Assembly: GCA_964035545.1 (NCBI GenBank)
Contig: OZ037767.1
Span: 18,568,259 to 18,632,258, forward strand
Direction of reading: 5' to 3'
Length of the DNA: 64,000 nt
Origin: Bugula neritina
Taxonomy: Eukaryota > Animalia > Bryozoa
Of this stretch, positions 45,993 through 64,000 are shown one piece after another. Made by a program: the position numbers and the translations under genes. Under the pieces are notes generated by a model. The model was not told the DNA's origin, searched no databases, and worked only from the letters and a program-made list of their open reading frames with translations. Within the stretch, counting starts at the first letter, position 1; each line of letters opens with the position of its first letter.

Positions 45993-46202
45993 CCTTTCCC
46001 CTTTCTTACTAAATATAGTAAAATTTGAAAGATAGCATAAAATGTGGTTAGCAGAATTCTGCATCTGATGGTAAAAAAGTGAACTTTAAGAGGAAATACG
46101 AAACACAGTTTTTAGGAAAACTTGTTATTTTTCAAGTTAATTCTCAATTATATGTTTCATCTAGAATATAAGTTAAATTGTTATATGTATGACACTGACT
46201 AA

Positions 46203-46585
46203 GCATAGGGCCACACAAATGAGACGTTGTGGGTGGGATTTTCATGCGTCTAACATGCTGAGCGAGAAGTGCGGCAAACTCGTGCGTGTTTGATCTAATT
46301 GGCTTATTATCACTTTTTTTATTATCACTTTTTTACTTTTAATTTTTAGCAAACTGAATTAAAACAGTTTCATATAGTTTGCATTTCCAATTCTATAATA
46401 TCTAAAGTCATTTTGCCGATGACAAAGTTTTAAAAACAAACGTCTGTAGGCAAGCAGTAAAGTTTATCGCTAACATCATTAGCTAATAAATTTCTGCACT
46501 CGCAACACAAGCATTGTGTTTGGCAGGTCTAAATGGGTTTTCTTGCACGTCACTCTCGTGTAAACTGTGTCGTGTGGCCCTAGGC
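46203..46585. mobile_element. PIF/Harbinger-type MITE (same TIR as 30532-30874)
   Basis: gcatagggccacac / gtgtggccctaggc; TAA TSD; present only in the copy 1 intron. Confidence 0.82.
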
Positions 46586-47550
46586 TAACTCATATAGAAG
46601 GAGTGTGTATGTTTGTGCTAGAGCTAACTAGGGAGAGACAATGGTGATCTGTGAGTGCAAGGCCTGTTAGTATTACATTATACTATAGGCTATAAGGCTA
46701 GTGAGTGACACTTCCATGCAGTGACATATACCAGTAGGCTCATATCAGAAAAAAGATGTATGTATAGCCAAAACTCTGACCCTTATGTTACTTTAAAAGT
46801 TCTCAAGCTATGTTGACAACTTGGTTTGAGGTGAGTTTCATTGCCCCCCAAAAAATTCTCACTGTTATTGAAAAGAAGGTTATTATAAGCAGACTAAAAA
46901 GATAATACAATGCAATAATATTTAGTTATGTTTTTAGTCACAACCAAAGGAGACTGCTAAAGTGAAAAGACAATTGAGCACTGAAACCGATGACTACAGC
47001 AGACTCGCTCTATATGGTAATAAATTATTTAATACTTTACTCAAACATACGGATTTATGTAATATTTCTAGCCTGCCCTGTTCTCCAATTCTTTAATTTT
47101 TAATCTCGTAATCTCCAATTGATTCAGCAAAAGTATTTATACCATAACCATGTATAGATTTACAAATTATAGAAAAAACATATCTCTTTTTTTAAAATTA
47201 AACTAAAATATTACGCTCAACTCTGTAGCATATGATGGTCACACATAAAGATTTCAAATTGCAACATTGTGCATGGTTTATTGCGTTTCTTGTAAAGCTA
47301 AAAGAGTATTAAGGAAGCTACATGACATTAACAGAAGAATGTTTCTACATATATATTGCATTTTCATTTTTTATGTGTGATAAAGTCAGCGTCAAAGTAT
47401 TAACAGTTATGTATATCTTTTCAGGCATTCCATTCTATGACATTGCTTTGATCCGTGGTGACCCTTTGACCTTAGATGAACCAATATGTAAGTATAATCA
47501 GCAGTGTGTCTCAAACTAAAACATGATAGCAGTGTGTGGAGTTACCTTAG

Positions 47551-48965
47551 TGTACGATGTAACTAGTGATGTGACTAGTGTATAATGTAACTAGTGTATG
47601 ATGTGACTAGTGTATAGTGTGACTAGTGTATGGTGTGACTAGTGTATAGTGTGACTAGTGTATAGTGTGACTAGTGTATGATGTGACTAGTGTATGGTGT
47701 AACTAGTATATGGTGTGACTAGTATATGATGTGACTAGTGTATGGTGTGACTATTGTATAGTGTGACTAGTGTATAGTGTGACTAGTGTATGGTGTGACT
47801 AGTGTATGGTGTGACTAGTGTATAGTGTGACTAGTATATAGTGTGACTAGTGTATGGAGTGACTAGTGTATGGTGTGACTAGTGTATGGAGTGACTAGTG
47901 TAAGGAGTGACTAGTGTATGGAGTGACTAGTGTATGATGTGACTAGTGTATGGTGTGACTAGTGTATAGTGTGACTAGTGTATGATGTGACTAGTGTATG
48001 ATGTGACTAGTATATAGTGTGACTAGTATATAGTGTGACTAGTGTATAGTGTGACTAGTGTATGGTGTGACTAGTGTATAGTGTGACTAGTGTATAGTAT
48101 GACTAGTGTATGATGTGACTAGTGTATAGTGTGACTAGTGTATGGTGTGACTAGTGTATGGAGTGACTAGTGTATGGAGTGACTAGTGTATGATGTGACT
48201 AGTGTATGGTGGGACTAGTATATGGTGTGACTAGTGTATGGTGTGACTAGTGTATAGTGTGACTAGTATATAGTGTGACTAGTATATAGTGTGACTAGTG
48301 TATAGTGTGACTAGTGTATGGTGTGACTAGTGTATAGTGTGACTAGTGTATGATGTGACTAGTATATGATGTGACTAGTGTATAGTGTGACTAGTGTATA
48401 GTGCGACTAGTGTATGGTGTGACTAGTGTATAGTGCGACTAGTGTATGATGAGACTAGTGTATAGTGTGACTAGTGTATGATGTAACTAGTGTATGATGT
48501 GACTAGTATATAGTGTGACTAGTGTATAGTGTGACTAGTGTATAGTGTGACTAGTATATGGCATGACCAGTGTAGAGTGTGACTAGTGTATGATGTGACT
48601 AGTGTAGAGTGTGACTAGTGTATAGTGCGACTAGTGTATGGTGTGACTAGTGTATAGTGCGACTAGTGTATGGTGTGACTAGTGTATAGTGTAACTAGTG
48701 TATGATGTGACTAGTGTATGATGTGACTAGTGTATAGTGCGACTAGTGTATAGTGTGACTAGTGTATGGTGTGACTAGTGTATAGTGTGACTAGTGTATG
48801 GTGTGACCAGTGTAGAGTGTGACTAGTGTATGATGTGACTAGTATATGATGTGACTAGTATATGATGTGACTAGTATATGATGTGACTAGTGTATGATGT
48901 GACTAGTTTATAGTGTGACTAGTATATGGTGTGACTAGTGTATCATGTAACTTGTGTGACTATTG
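47551..48965. repeat. 16-bp minisatellite (gtgactagtgtatRRt)n, ~88 units, TNF copy 1 intron 3
   Basis: Direct tandem array. Confidence 0.97.
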
Positions 48966-51900
48966 TATGGTGGGATTGCTTGGTGTATAGAAATTTTCTA
49001 TGGGTCACAGAGCAATGTATGATACCTGCAAGTCCAATATTTTACTACTAAATAGTTTCAAAATTACTCAAAGTCTATAAAAGCATTGAACAAAATATGA
49101 CGAAACTAATTTTGTACTGTTATTTTCATTTTCCAATTCTAATTGCATCTCAAACTGAAACACATTATTTGAGTTTATTGCCATAATATAGTATGCCGAG
49201 GATCTAAAATTGTTAGCATTTCATAATGATTTCATACAGCACACTTCATTTTGTTATTTTTCAGTTTCAGAATACAAATTTTATTATATTATTTTCAAAA
49301 AAGTCAATGTAAGTGTGTTGTACTGTACTGTTCAACTCGATCTAGAAGCAATGGCACAGATAATTGAATGATTTGCAAAGAACCATAGACAATATCTTTC
49401 TCTTATAAAATAGCTTGCTTGTTATCAGCTATCACCTAAGCAGTATTTCTGACTTATGATAAAGATGAAGAGAGAAAATTAAAATAATAATGTAACTCCT
49501 TTGAAGCCACAAGCCTTGTTTGACTAATATACACAGATCTGTATATGATCTTACAATGTATCTTATTAGATGACAGAAGAAAAAAGTTTAAGAACACCAC
49601 AACTTCCATCGAGGCATGCACCAGTCGATATATGAAAATGAAAAACAGCTACAATGACCTACTATGTAAAAGGAAAATGGCTGTCGCTGAACAAGTGACA
49701 AAAATGAAGTTCACACAAAGTATGGCTACTAGTTCTCTGTTATGCATGCTTATTACAAAAGTAAGCCAAGTCTTGCAAATTTCATCTAATTTGCTAAAAA
49801 GTTATTATTACTTTATGTCATTGTATTTATAGAAAATTGCGGTTTGCATTTATAGAGGGAGTACTGCAGCGCCCCCTTCGTAGTTCACTAAGCTACTGGT
49901 TAGAAACCTCAATTCGTGACATAATAGCATACCAGATTTAACTCGAGGATCCTTTAAATTCAGCCATCTTTTCCCTATACACACACATATATATATATTA
50001 TAAGCATGCATACACATGCTATTAAATGACTTCCAGCCATTTAATCTAAATTTGTCAATTTATACACATTTTTTATTAGACTTTTAGTTGGATTACTATC
50101 AAAACAACACATTTCACGCCTATCAGTTATACAAGAATTATGAGCTTCCCCAATAATTCCACATTACTTACTCAAAAGTTAAAATTGACTTGAAAAGTTC
50201 ATATGTCACTGATTTTCAATGGTGATTTAGCTAGAAAACGAGGTTCCAAGCCCATTTCAGTGAATTCTATGAAACTTTGTGATAACAAGATCTGTGAACT
50301 ACAGCACACTGTATTTATAATTCCTACTGAAAGTGCTTTCAAAACTTTAGCCAGATTATCCACATTTTTGAAAGTTGCATGATCTTATGACAACTGATTA
50401 CAGGATCAGAAGATCTTGCAATCTATCCCTATTTCACCAAGGCAGACTGGATGAATGAAGAAACAGCTGAAGAGAAGTATAGGCTCCATCGCTCTGGAAA
50501 GATATCAGTTGAGTCCCGTGGAATCTACATTGTGCATGGCAGTGTAAGCATTTAGAATAACTAATACAACAATTCAGTATTTTGAGAGAATAGCCATAGT
50601 CTGTAGAGTAGGGATAACAGCTGTATAACAGCAACCGCCCACTCTTTCTTCTAAAAAAGCAATTCCAACTTGTTGTTATAGATGTGTGTGAGAGATCAAA
50701 ATATAAGGTTATTCCCCTGTCACATTATAAGTCTTAACTTGAGTTGTAGCAAAAGTAAAAAAAATCTACATCACATAAGAAACTGCAATTACAAATGTAC
50801 ACAATTAAACCATAGATTATCCTTATCAGTCATTCAATAATTTGACTTATTGTATTATTAAACACATGATTTGATTATATAAAAATATAATATCTGGTAA
50901 TTTATTAGGGAGTTCAACTGGTAATTTTTCTAGCAAAATTTGCAATCTGACGAAAGTGAAAATCTCTATTTTAAAACAACTTAAACATGCCTGAGACCAC
51001 TTAAACATGCCTGGGACCACTTAAACATATACTTGGGTATACCTATAAGTATAATTGAGTGTACTTAAATATACTTAAGAGTATATTTAAACGTAGCAAT
51101 GAGCATAATTGGTTTAATTTCAGTGAAAAAAATCGCTTTTTCAGCTTTTATAAAAAGTCTTTATAGAAAGCAAAAAATAGTAGAGAATGATTGTCTTTAA
51201 ATTTTTTTACACAGCTATTTTGTAAGATCTGAAATATTTTAAATCATTGTTTGTAAATCATTTCCCTTATTTTTGTGTAATATATAAAGTTTTAACAAAG
51301 CATCAATGCATCTAAATATTTTACATTTTGGTTTTAATTTTCTTTACAAATCTCTGATTTTACTCATCTACATGCTTTTAGAGTTCTCATTTAAATTTTT
51401 CTTTTCATTTCATTACGTTTTATAACTTTTCAGATTCATTTCAGCGTAAATGACAGATCAACTTTCCCATACTACAGCATTTACATATCAGACTCTGAAG
51501 GGTTTAATGAACGCCTTATCACTAAATGCGTAGTCACAACAATGAACGATAACACGGATGAAGATATTTTCCCTTGTCAAGCTTGGCAGGTGAGTCTTTA
51601 TTCTACACAGTATACTAAATGTACTGAATCTTTAAACTTAGTCAATTCTATATAGCTCTGAATAAACCATATGCAGTTTAGTGTGAGCCTGTCTAAAGCG
51701 GGAGCACGTTGTGTAGTTTTTTTCTAACCATTTCTCACCAAGCAATAACTTGATGCCTCTGTAAACTTTCCTTGTGAAACAGAAAAATTGATGATTTAAA
51801 ATATGGTTTTTCTTGCATTTAAAAGATTTCTTTTGTTAATTTATTTAAAAAAAGTTTTAGTCTTTTAGTTTCTCAAATTTTTATACTTTTAAATCGATGT

Positions 51901-53628
51901 CTGCTGTTATACTTATTCTTTGTGCAAACTTCAAGCTTTCTATAGAGCTTAAATATTCCTATCATCTCTACAGATGTATTGATCAATTGATATATAGCTT
52001 ATCAACAGATGGGCAGAAGTTGGTTATAAATTGATTGTTAATGTAAAGGAAAAGGCCTTCAGTTTTTTCGATATACTCCTGCCCCTGGGCTAAATCAATA
52101 TTGGGAATTATTGTTTAATAAAATATTAATAATAAAAATAGTTTACAATAAACTACAGGATACGTAATATTTTTATTGAAACAATAAAATGTTACTGCAG
52201 AGCTATTTTTAAAGTATGAATATTATCTGACTTTTTAGATGGTGCAACTTGAAGCTGGTGATTTGATTTACATGACTATCAGCAATCATGTTTGGTTCAG
52301 AATAGAGAAGGAGACCTTTCACCTAGCACTAATCAAACTCAATGATGGACTCAATTAGACTAAACAGTTTTCATTTTGACAAAAAAGTAACTAAAAGCTT
52401 TATTACGAATAGCAATAACTTTATTGGTGTTTAAGAGTTTTGCATATATTATGATCCACCAAAAATACGTACAAAAAACAAAGTAAATTATATTTTTTTT
52501 TTCATCTTATGCATTAATATTGCTACTTTAGGTTATAAAAGAAATTATCTAGAGTAACGGATAGCATGAAAATTCTTATGCAACTCACTGTAAATAGTAT
52601 TAATTATATAATATGTACTAATCTTTTTATATTGAAATTAAAATAGTAATATAATTAGTAATATTAAATGTTTTACGTACAGACTTTCATAGGTCAGCAA
52701 TTAATTCTTATATATAACATCACTAAGTCAAAAGGCTTATGTTATTACAGCTGCCATTTGAGTTTTTAAAGCAGGCTATAATTTGCATGAAGATAATTCC
52801 CATGTTGTAGTTATTCAAAATAAATAGCCTAATGCAAAATGTACCGGCAGAATGCAAAAAACTGCAGTAACCTCATTGTTTATAAACTAACGATTTGATT
52901 TAACTTGTAGAGCTAATAAAAAGATGCTAGACAGAAATTATGCTTTTTAATTGTAAATTCAAAATTGATTACTTTCTGCAGGTATTATACATAACATATA
53001 TCATAACTATTTTTGGCTGGTTTCACTTTTTTAGATTTAGAGAAATATAATGCTGTTTAGGAAAATCTCCTTTATAAGTATTATATAAGTAAACTTGTTA
53101 AAATCATGTATAACGTTTATTTATTCTTTATAGCTGTTTAGCAGAGACAATTTTGTAAATTCTGAAACTATTGATTGAAATTAAACATAATCTAGATTCC
53201 AGTTATAAACTGGGAAGTGAAAGCTAGCTACAATATAACGAAAGAAGAAGTAAAAAATATGATTAAGAACAGTGATGGTAGTTAACTCACTTACATCTTG
53301 CAATTATATGTTGTCTTTTTCTTACCTTTTTTTACAACACATCTTATAAAAGCAAAATGCATTTAGTTATCTTTTCTTCCAGCTAATAACCTTAAATATT
53401 TTTGCATGCCTTCTGTTTATTTTGCAAACTTGTACCTCACCCATAATTGACTTACGACTGAAGCTTCAAGGCCTGGCCACACACTTGTGAGAATTACACA
53501 AAATCATCTATTTGACACAAAAACAAAGGGTACGACCACCTGAGGCGACGGACGAAAAAACGCAATTGACCATAAGCACATTTAATTGGTTAATATAATT
53601 TTTGCAACAGTTATAATATCAAATCTAC

Positions 53629-53667
<39 letters not shown>

Positions 53668-54438
53668 TAATATAGTATATTAAAAAAAAGAAGTCACTAC
53701 AAAAATTGTTGCAAAACCCTATAACACTCAAATGTGGATATGATTATTATAATTAAATGCCACATATAATATGATTTATCTTACTGTAATATAATAACAA
53801 CTATTAGAATTATAATAAGCAAACTTATATATACTATTATAAGCAAACAAAAAACAATATAATGCAATTCATTGTATTATATACTTTATAATATGTATCA
53901 TTATGAACTGTTAATATATTAAAACAGAGGAATGTTAAAGAAGCTTAACTACAGCATTAAATTTGGTAAAGCAAGGCAGTGGTATAAATCATCCGCTATT
54001 AAGTTGAGAGCCTTTCAACAGTCCTATAGAAAGTTGGTTATGCTCAACCATACTATGTATTTTTTGATGTCATATATGAGAGGGCCCCATTTCATATCTG
54101 TAACTTGTTTACAAAAAAAAACAACTTTTAAAAGCTTGCCTACCAGTTTGCTCCTAGTGCTTGGGTTTCAAAGTGTGTTCTGTATCACCTATCTATGTAA
54201 TACTCAACAGTTACAATGATAGATCACATTGAGTGTTTCTGTCATTTGCTTAAGCCAATTTATTTTTATTTTATTTATGCTTTTACTGTTAATCTTTAAT
54301 AAATAATATTTTAGGTCACAAATTAGTTAACGCAGCTGATATTATACAGTAAATTGCACAGCTTTGCAACAGCTGCCTGTGATAGCCTGCAGTTCAAATA
54401 ACTTGGCATGTCTCCAAGCAACATGTTTGAAGGCTAGA

Positions 54439-54448
54439 GGAAAATCCC
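54439..54448 (+). promoter_or_regulatory. NF-kB-like site upstream of TNF copy 2
   Basis: GGAAAATCCC; reverse complement GGGATTTTCC; same position as 45109. Confidence 0.55.
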
Positions 54449-54645
54449 TTAAAGTGGGTTGAGTTCTACTAGATAAAAATTTAGCCTTAGGCACAAATTG
54501 AAGTTCCAGGTTAGTATAATTTTAACATAAAACACAATTTGCAAGAGGTAGAAGCTGCAATAAGTCACACGACTTTTGTTGAAATTAGATAAGTAAGTAG
54601 AGACACTTTAGCTTTACAGGTTCAGTCTGTTATAGGTTAATTAGC

Positions 54646-59812
<5,167 letters not shown>

Positions 59813-62800
59813 ACTGAAAGTTTATTTCTCGGACAAAAAAGTAACTAAAATGTTATTATACACAGCAATAACTTAACGGTGTTTGAGAGTTTTGGATATA
59901 AACCGTATACAAAACAAAATTAATTATGATATTTTGTTTTCATCTTATATGCATGAATGCTGCTACTTTACATTATATTATGAATAACATAGCTAAGATG
60001 CAAAATGTTAGATAACTGACTGTAAATATCCTGAATTATAATTTATTTTGTATTATTCTTTTATATTTTTCTCTGCTGTGTCTTGATCGGCTGGCAAGTA
60101 TTCTTCTTCCATATGTTGAAATTAAAATAATAATGTAGTTAACATTAAAAAGTTTTTTTATGAAAAATTGTTATTGCAGAAATTGCATTGATTGCTCACC
60201 ATGCAGTATTGTATCGTGTAAGAACTGAAGTGTCACAACTTACAAAAGTCATTGCCGTTAGTAAACCTGTTGAAAATTGTTTCCTGAAAAGCAACAATTT
60301 GACATTTCACTAAAAAAAATGTGAATAGAAACCAGATGTTATCTTGAGCTCATAAATGGTTAAAGCATTTCATAGCTCTCTCAGAAAACTGACAAAAATG
60401 TTGAATAGGGAAATCACAGAAACATCAGTCAGCTGATTCTAGATTATGTCATGTCAACTTGTTTGATGGCTTTGAGAAATGTGGACTCTTCCTGTTAATT
60501 GCGAGATATAGTGGCAGATAGATTATGTCTATTATAGGTAGAACATGTAATAGGGTTGGCACAAGACTGGAAATATAAATAATGTAATTTAAAGCAAAAC
60601 GATTACCTTTTCTGCAATAAAGCACTTCAAATTGGAAAATGCCTATGTATATCTGACTACCAGTGTTGCTTAACCATGGACATACAGAAATAAAAAACAT
60701 TGAAGACTTTATTTTTTGCACTGAAAATGTTGAATATCATGGATGTGATTACTTTATAATGTACATTGGACACAATTCACAGCTCAATAAATTGACAACC
60801 AAGCAGCAACACATTTAAAAGTAGCTAGTTGCAACTTGCCAAACTTACAGACTTTTGCCATCTATAAATTAAAATGTCTGATTTTAATTTGATTTCCGAA
60901 GATGTGCTTACTTTTAGCAGTAACATGTTTAAACTGGCAGTAAATTATTTATTCTTTCATTTCAAGAAAAATTTCAAGTTTATATGAGTTGAAAGGTTAT
61001 TAAGAAGAAAGTCAGCTTTGTGCTGGACACTCATTCATTAACTCATATACTACAATGGCTGAGAAATACAGCTTTATGATCTTTATAAAGTCTATTATAA
61101 TAGCTTTTATTACACGTGATTTTGAAAGGTGTGCTGCCACAGCTGCTGCTTACAACCGAAATCAGACAAAAATGCACTTTCTAAGTGCTCTCTTATATAA
61201 ATTTAATTAAGTTTTTAAAAGGCAGACACATGTTGAAGAGATTTTATTTATCTAAAGTAATCACTCAAAGATGTTCGGTTATCTATCAAGTTTGTCCAAG
61301 GCTTATTTTGTTGGGAAGTTTCCAAGTCACTTGAGTTAGGTAGAATGAATCAAGTAATGTGTGCAAAACATTTCTGATACATACGATGTTTTTATATAGA
61401 CATCTTCATCAATACAATACACCAGTTCAATGAGAATTTTATAAACTGCTTTTAAAATCTTGTTGAGACATTCTAATTAGATTATAGGCCACTGAAAAAG
61501 GGTATATATTATACAGCAGAAACAGAAGCAATCATAGCATATGTTATTTTAGCAATGGCCTTATGGGGCACGGCTGCAGATTGCTATGGTAACCACAACA
61601 CTTACAGTTTTCTCGTACTCCTGCAATCTGTTTAATGATAATGATTACAGGGCTTTAGGAGAATTAACATTAATGAAATGTTAATTATGTAACAAATATC
61701 TAAACACACAAGACAAGTATGGGCAATTATTTATATAATATAGATTTAATATTCTAGTGTCAAGACATGTAAATTATGTTTCAGATTTTTATATCAGAGT
61801 TTAGAATAAATGCCTACTTAATGGGCATAAAGTATTGAGGTAAACTATTATTCACACATAGACTAATTGTGTAATTGTGAAATCAATGCAGCCAAGCATG
61901 TATTTCTAAAAAATAAGTACACAACTCCAAATAGGTTGAGCTACAAATAAATGTAATTATTCTTATAGCAGTACACACTCAATGTGTTTGTTTGAAATAT
62001 AATTGATTTACCAACTTTTGAAACATACAAATTTGATTTCAATTTCTTTCGTTCTATTAACAAATAAACTTGCAATGAGCCATAACACAAAAATATATTA
62101 TAAGTTGAACTCTCTATTCTGAAAATATCTTTTGATGGCTGCCGTTTTCAATCGGGCTAAACTGTAAAGACTGCACCTCTCACAGTGATGGCAGCAAGAT
62201 TTAAGATATTTTAAAATAACATAATATGACCTATATTTATCATCTGAACTAGCCCATGTACACTAGGCATGTGCTGCATAACCACCGGGTCACAAGCTGT
62301 TCCTCTGAAGTATACCGGCACCATAAACTTCAGTTATATCTTCAAATATTGTTTTAGAATAATATAAATAAATTTGAATTGCATAACAATTGGGGGCCAA
62401 ATAAAAAAGTCGCACAGGCGTATCAACTCTTATCAAATTATTATAAACAAAATACATTTATATACAATTTGGTTAAATTAGTAGAAAATGCTAAATTTAC
62501 TATGGCAGTAAACAAAACATCTGTTGATGCATAACATAAAAGCATCTTATTCAGTTTATTATCTTTTATTTTGCCCATCAGTTTTATATAGTTTTTATTT
62601 TACTTTAGTTTTATTCTGATCTTCCTGTGATTGAAAAATAGAACCTATATCTGACAATCAGTATAACCATGTTTGACCTAAAATTGAAATTCAAGTTCTC
62701 ATCCGACACTTATCAACCGATCAACTAAAGAGTTAAAGGCACTAAAATAGTACACATGAGTTATTAAAACCAGTTCAATATGATATTTCAATTCTAAAAC

Positions 62801-63718
62801 AAATCTAATATATTATATTAGTTATTAGTCCTAATGAGATTTCAACATCAAATTGTATTTTTGCTACAAATAAACTTGTTATAAATATCATGCACTGCAA
62901 CAACAAACATATTGCCATCTAAATAATACAATTAAACATTTCATTTGATTATAGATGCAATTCACATTTAATGCGATTTCTCTTAAATGAAAAATGTTGT
63001 TACAGCTCGTGTTAAAAACTTAATATTTGCAATAGAGTGTACAATTTAAAAATGTAAAAAATAAAACATGTTCAAGAGCAGCTGCTTTTCTGAGGTGAAA
63101 TAAGATGCTTGTGTATAGTCAGCATATTATAATTACACCATTTGAAGCTTTTCTTCATTTAGGGAGTTTTCTTTTCTTTCTCGCAAGTTGATCTCTAAAC
63201 AAATATTCAGATAATCTTAGCAAATTTCATTAGTAAGTTGTAATTTGTATTTGTAACTTTATGCTGATGGATAAAAAAATAATTTTGTTCAAAAGATGAT
63301 GCCTATTTTTGCCATTTGTATGCATTTATTACCCCTCATCTTTGTATATAACTATGTTGCTGCAGCTGCTTAACTTTAACTGAAAATTACCTACACAGAA
63401 TTTAGTGTTTTAGCGGTCCATATTAAAACATGGTGGATATAAAACATTATAATCAGACATCTCCAGATTAAAGTGATAAACTGTTTTTGCAGTATATATT
63501 ATTATAGCCAAAACTACATTAATACCTAGAGCTTTTCAAACATTATAAAAATTATATGAAGGAGCATACAACTGATGTTGAGCAAATCTTTTAAAGTTAC
63601 ACATGTGAAAGTTTTTTGGAAAGTTAGCATGAAATGCACAAGACAGTGCATTAATTAAACAAACACCTAAACTCATTCAATTATTTTAAAATTAACCTAA
63701 ATGTTTTTCCTTACTTAC

Positions 63719-63985
63719 CATGATTGCCACAAAACATGCGGCTTGTTTTGTTAAATTTCCAAGCAGTCAGGATTGACATCATTATAATAAGTACAAGAAG
63801 ACAAGCTGAAACCGCAATTGGCATCATAAAGAGATTCAATTTCTTCTTGTTAAAATTGTCTGTGTGAAGATTTAAATTTTTGCTTTGCATTGAAGCCACA
63901 TGGTCAATGTTGGAGGAGGTGACTGTTGTTCTGGGTAATGAAGATGGGGTGTCCTCCACACCCTCACAATTCAGTTGAACGTATT
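63719..63985 (-). CDS. Internal stalk + TM exon of a probable second Grindelwald-like receptor (partial)
   Basis: ctag|AA TAC ... CAT G|gtaagt; 267 nt, phase 1-1, identical in length and phase to exon 35517-35251. Begins (x)YVQLNCEG vs (E)YYEEDCEF; Ser/Thr stalk; TM LFMMPIAVSACLLVLIIMMSILTAW. First exon is outside the window; downstream exons unresolved. Confidence 0.65.
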
Positions 63986-64000
63986 CTAGTGAGAAACCAA

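Noticed and set aside
49855-50312. Copy-1-specific insertion flanked by ATTTATA direct repeats
   Set aside because: The indel relative to copy 2 looks real, but termini are too degenerate to classify as an element

Overview
AT-rich, intron-containing invertebrate animal genomic DNA (probably lophotrochozoan; inference). Most entries in the ORF track are spurious or are exon fragments. Manual splice-phase reconstruction gives: (1) S-adenosylmethionine decarboxylase AMD1 on the - strand (7 exons, 7730->194, last exon outside the window); (2) an uncharacterised ~542-aa coiled-coil protein on the - strand (9 coding exons, 25632->9537); (3) a 236-aa Grindelwald/TACI-like single-CRD TNF receptor (-, 36566->33875); (4) a 233-aa insect-type AANAT-like GNAT acetyltransferase (-, 40712->37771); (5,6) two tandemly duplicated Eiger-like TNF-family ligands (+, 45304->52358 with a 4-nt frameshift, and 54646->59812); (7) the stalk/TM exon of a probable second receptor paralog (-, 63985->63719). 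The main observation is a compact candidate TNF ligand-receptor cluster (receptor, GNAT, TNF, TNF, receptor). Both TNF copies share a reading-frame discontinuity best resolved by a 38-nt intron, an apparent gene-conversion tract and a conserved NF-kB-like promoter site. Introns and intergenic DNA carry many PIF/Harbinger-type and hAT MITEs, long hairpins, 16-17 bp minisatellites and microsatellites, including a 1.3-kb pure (GT)n.
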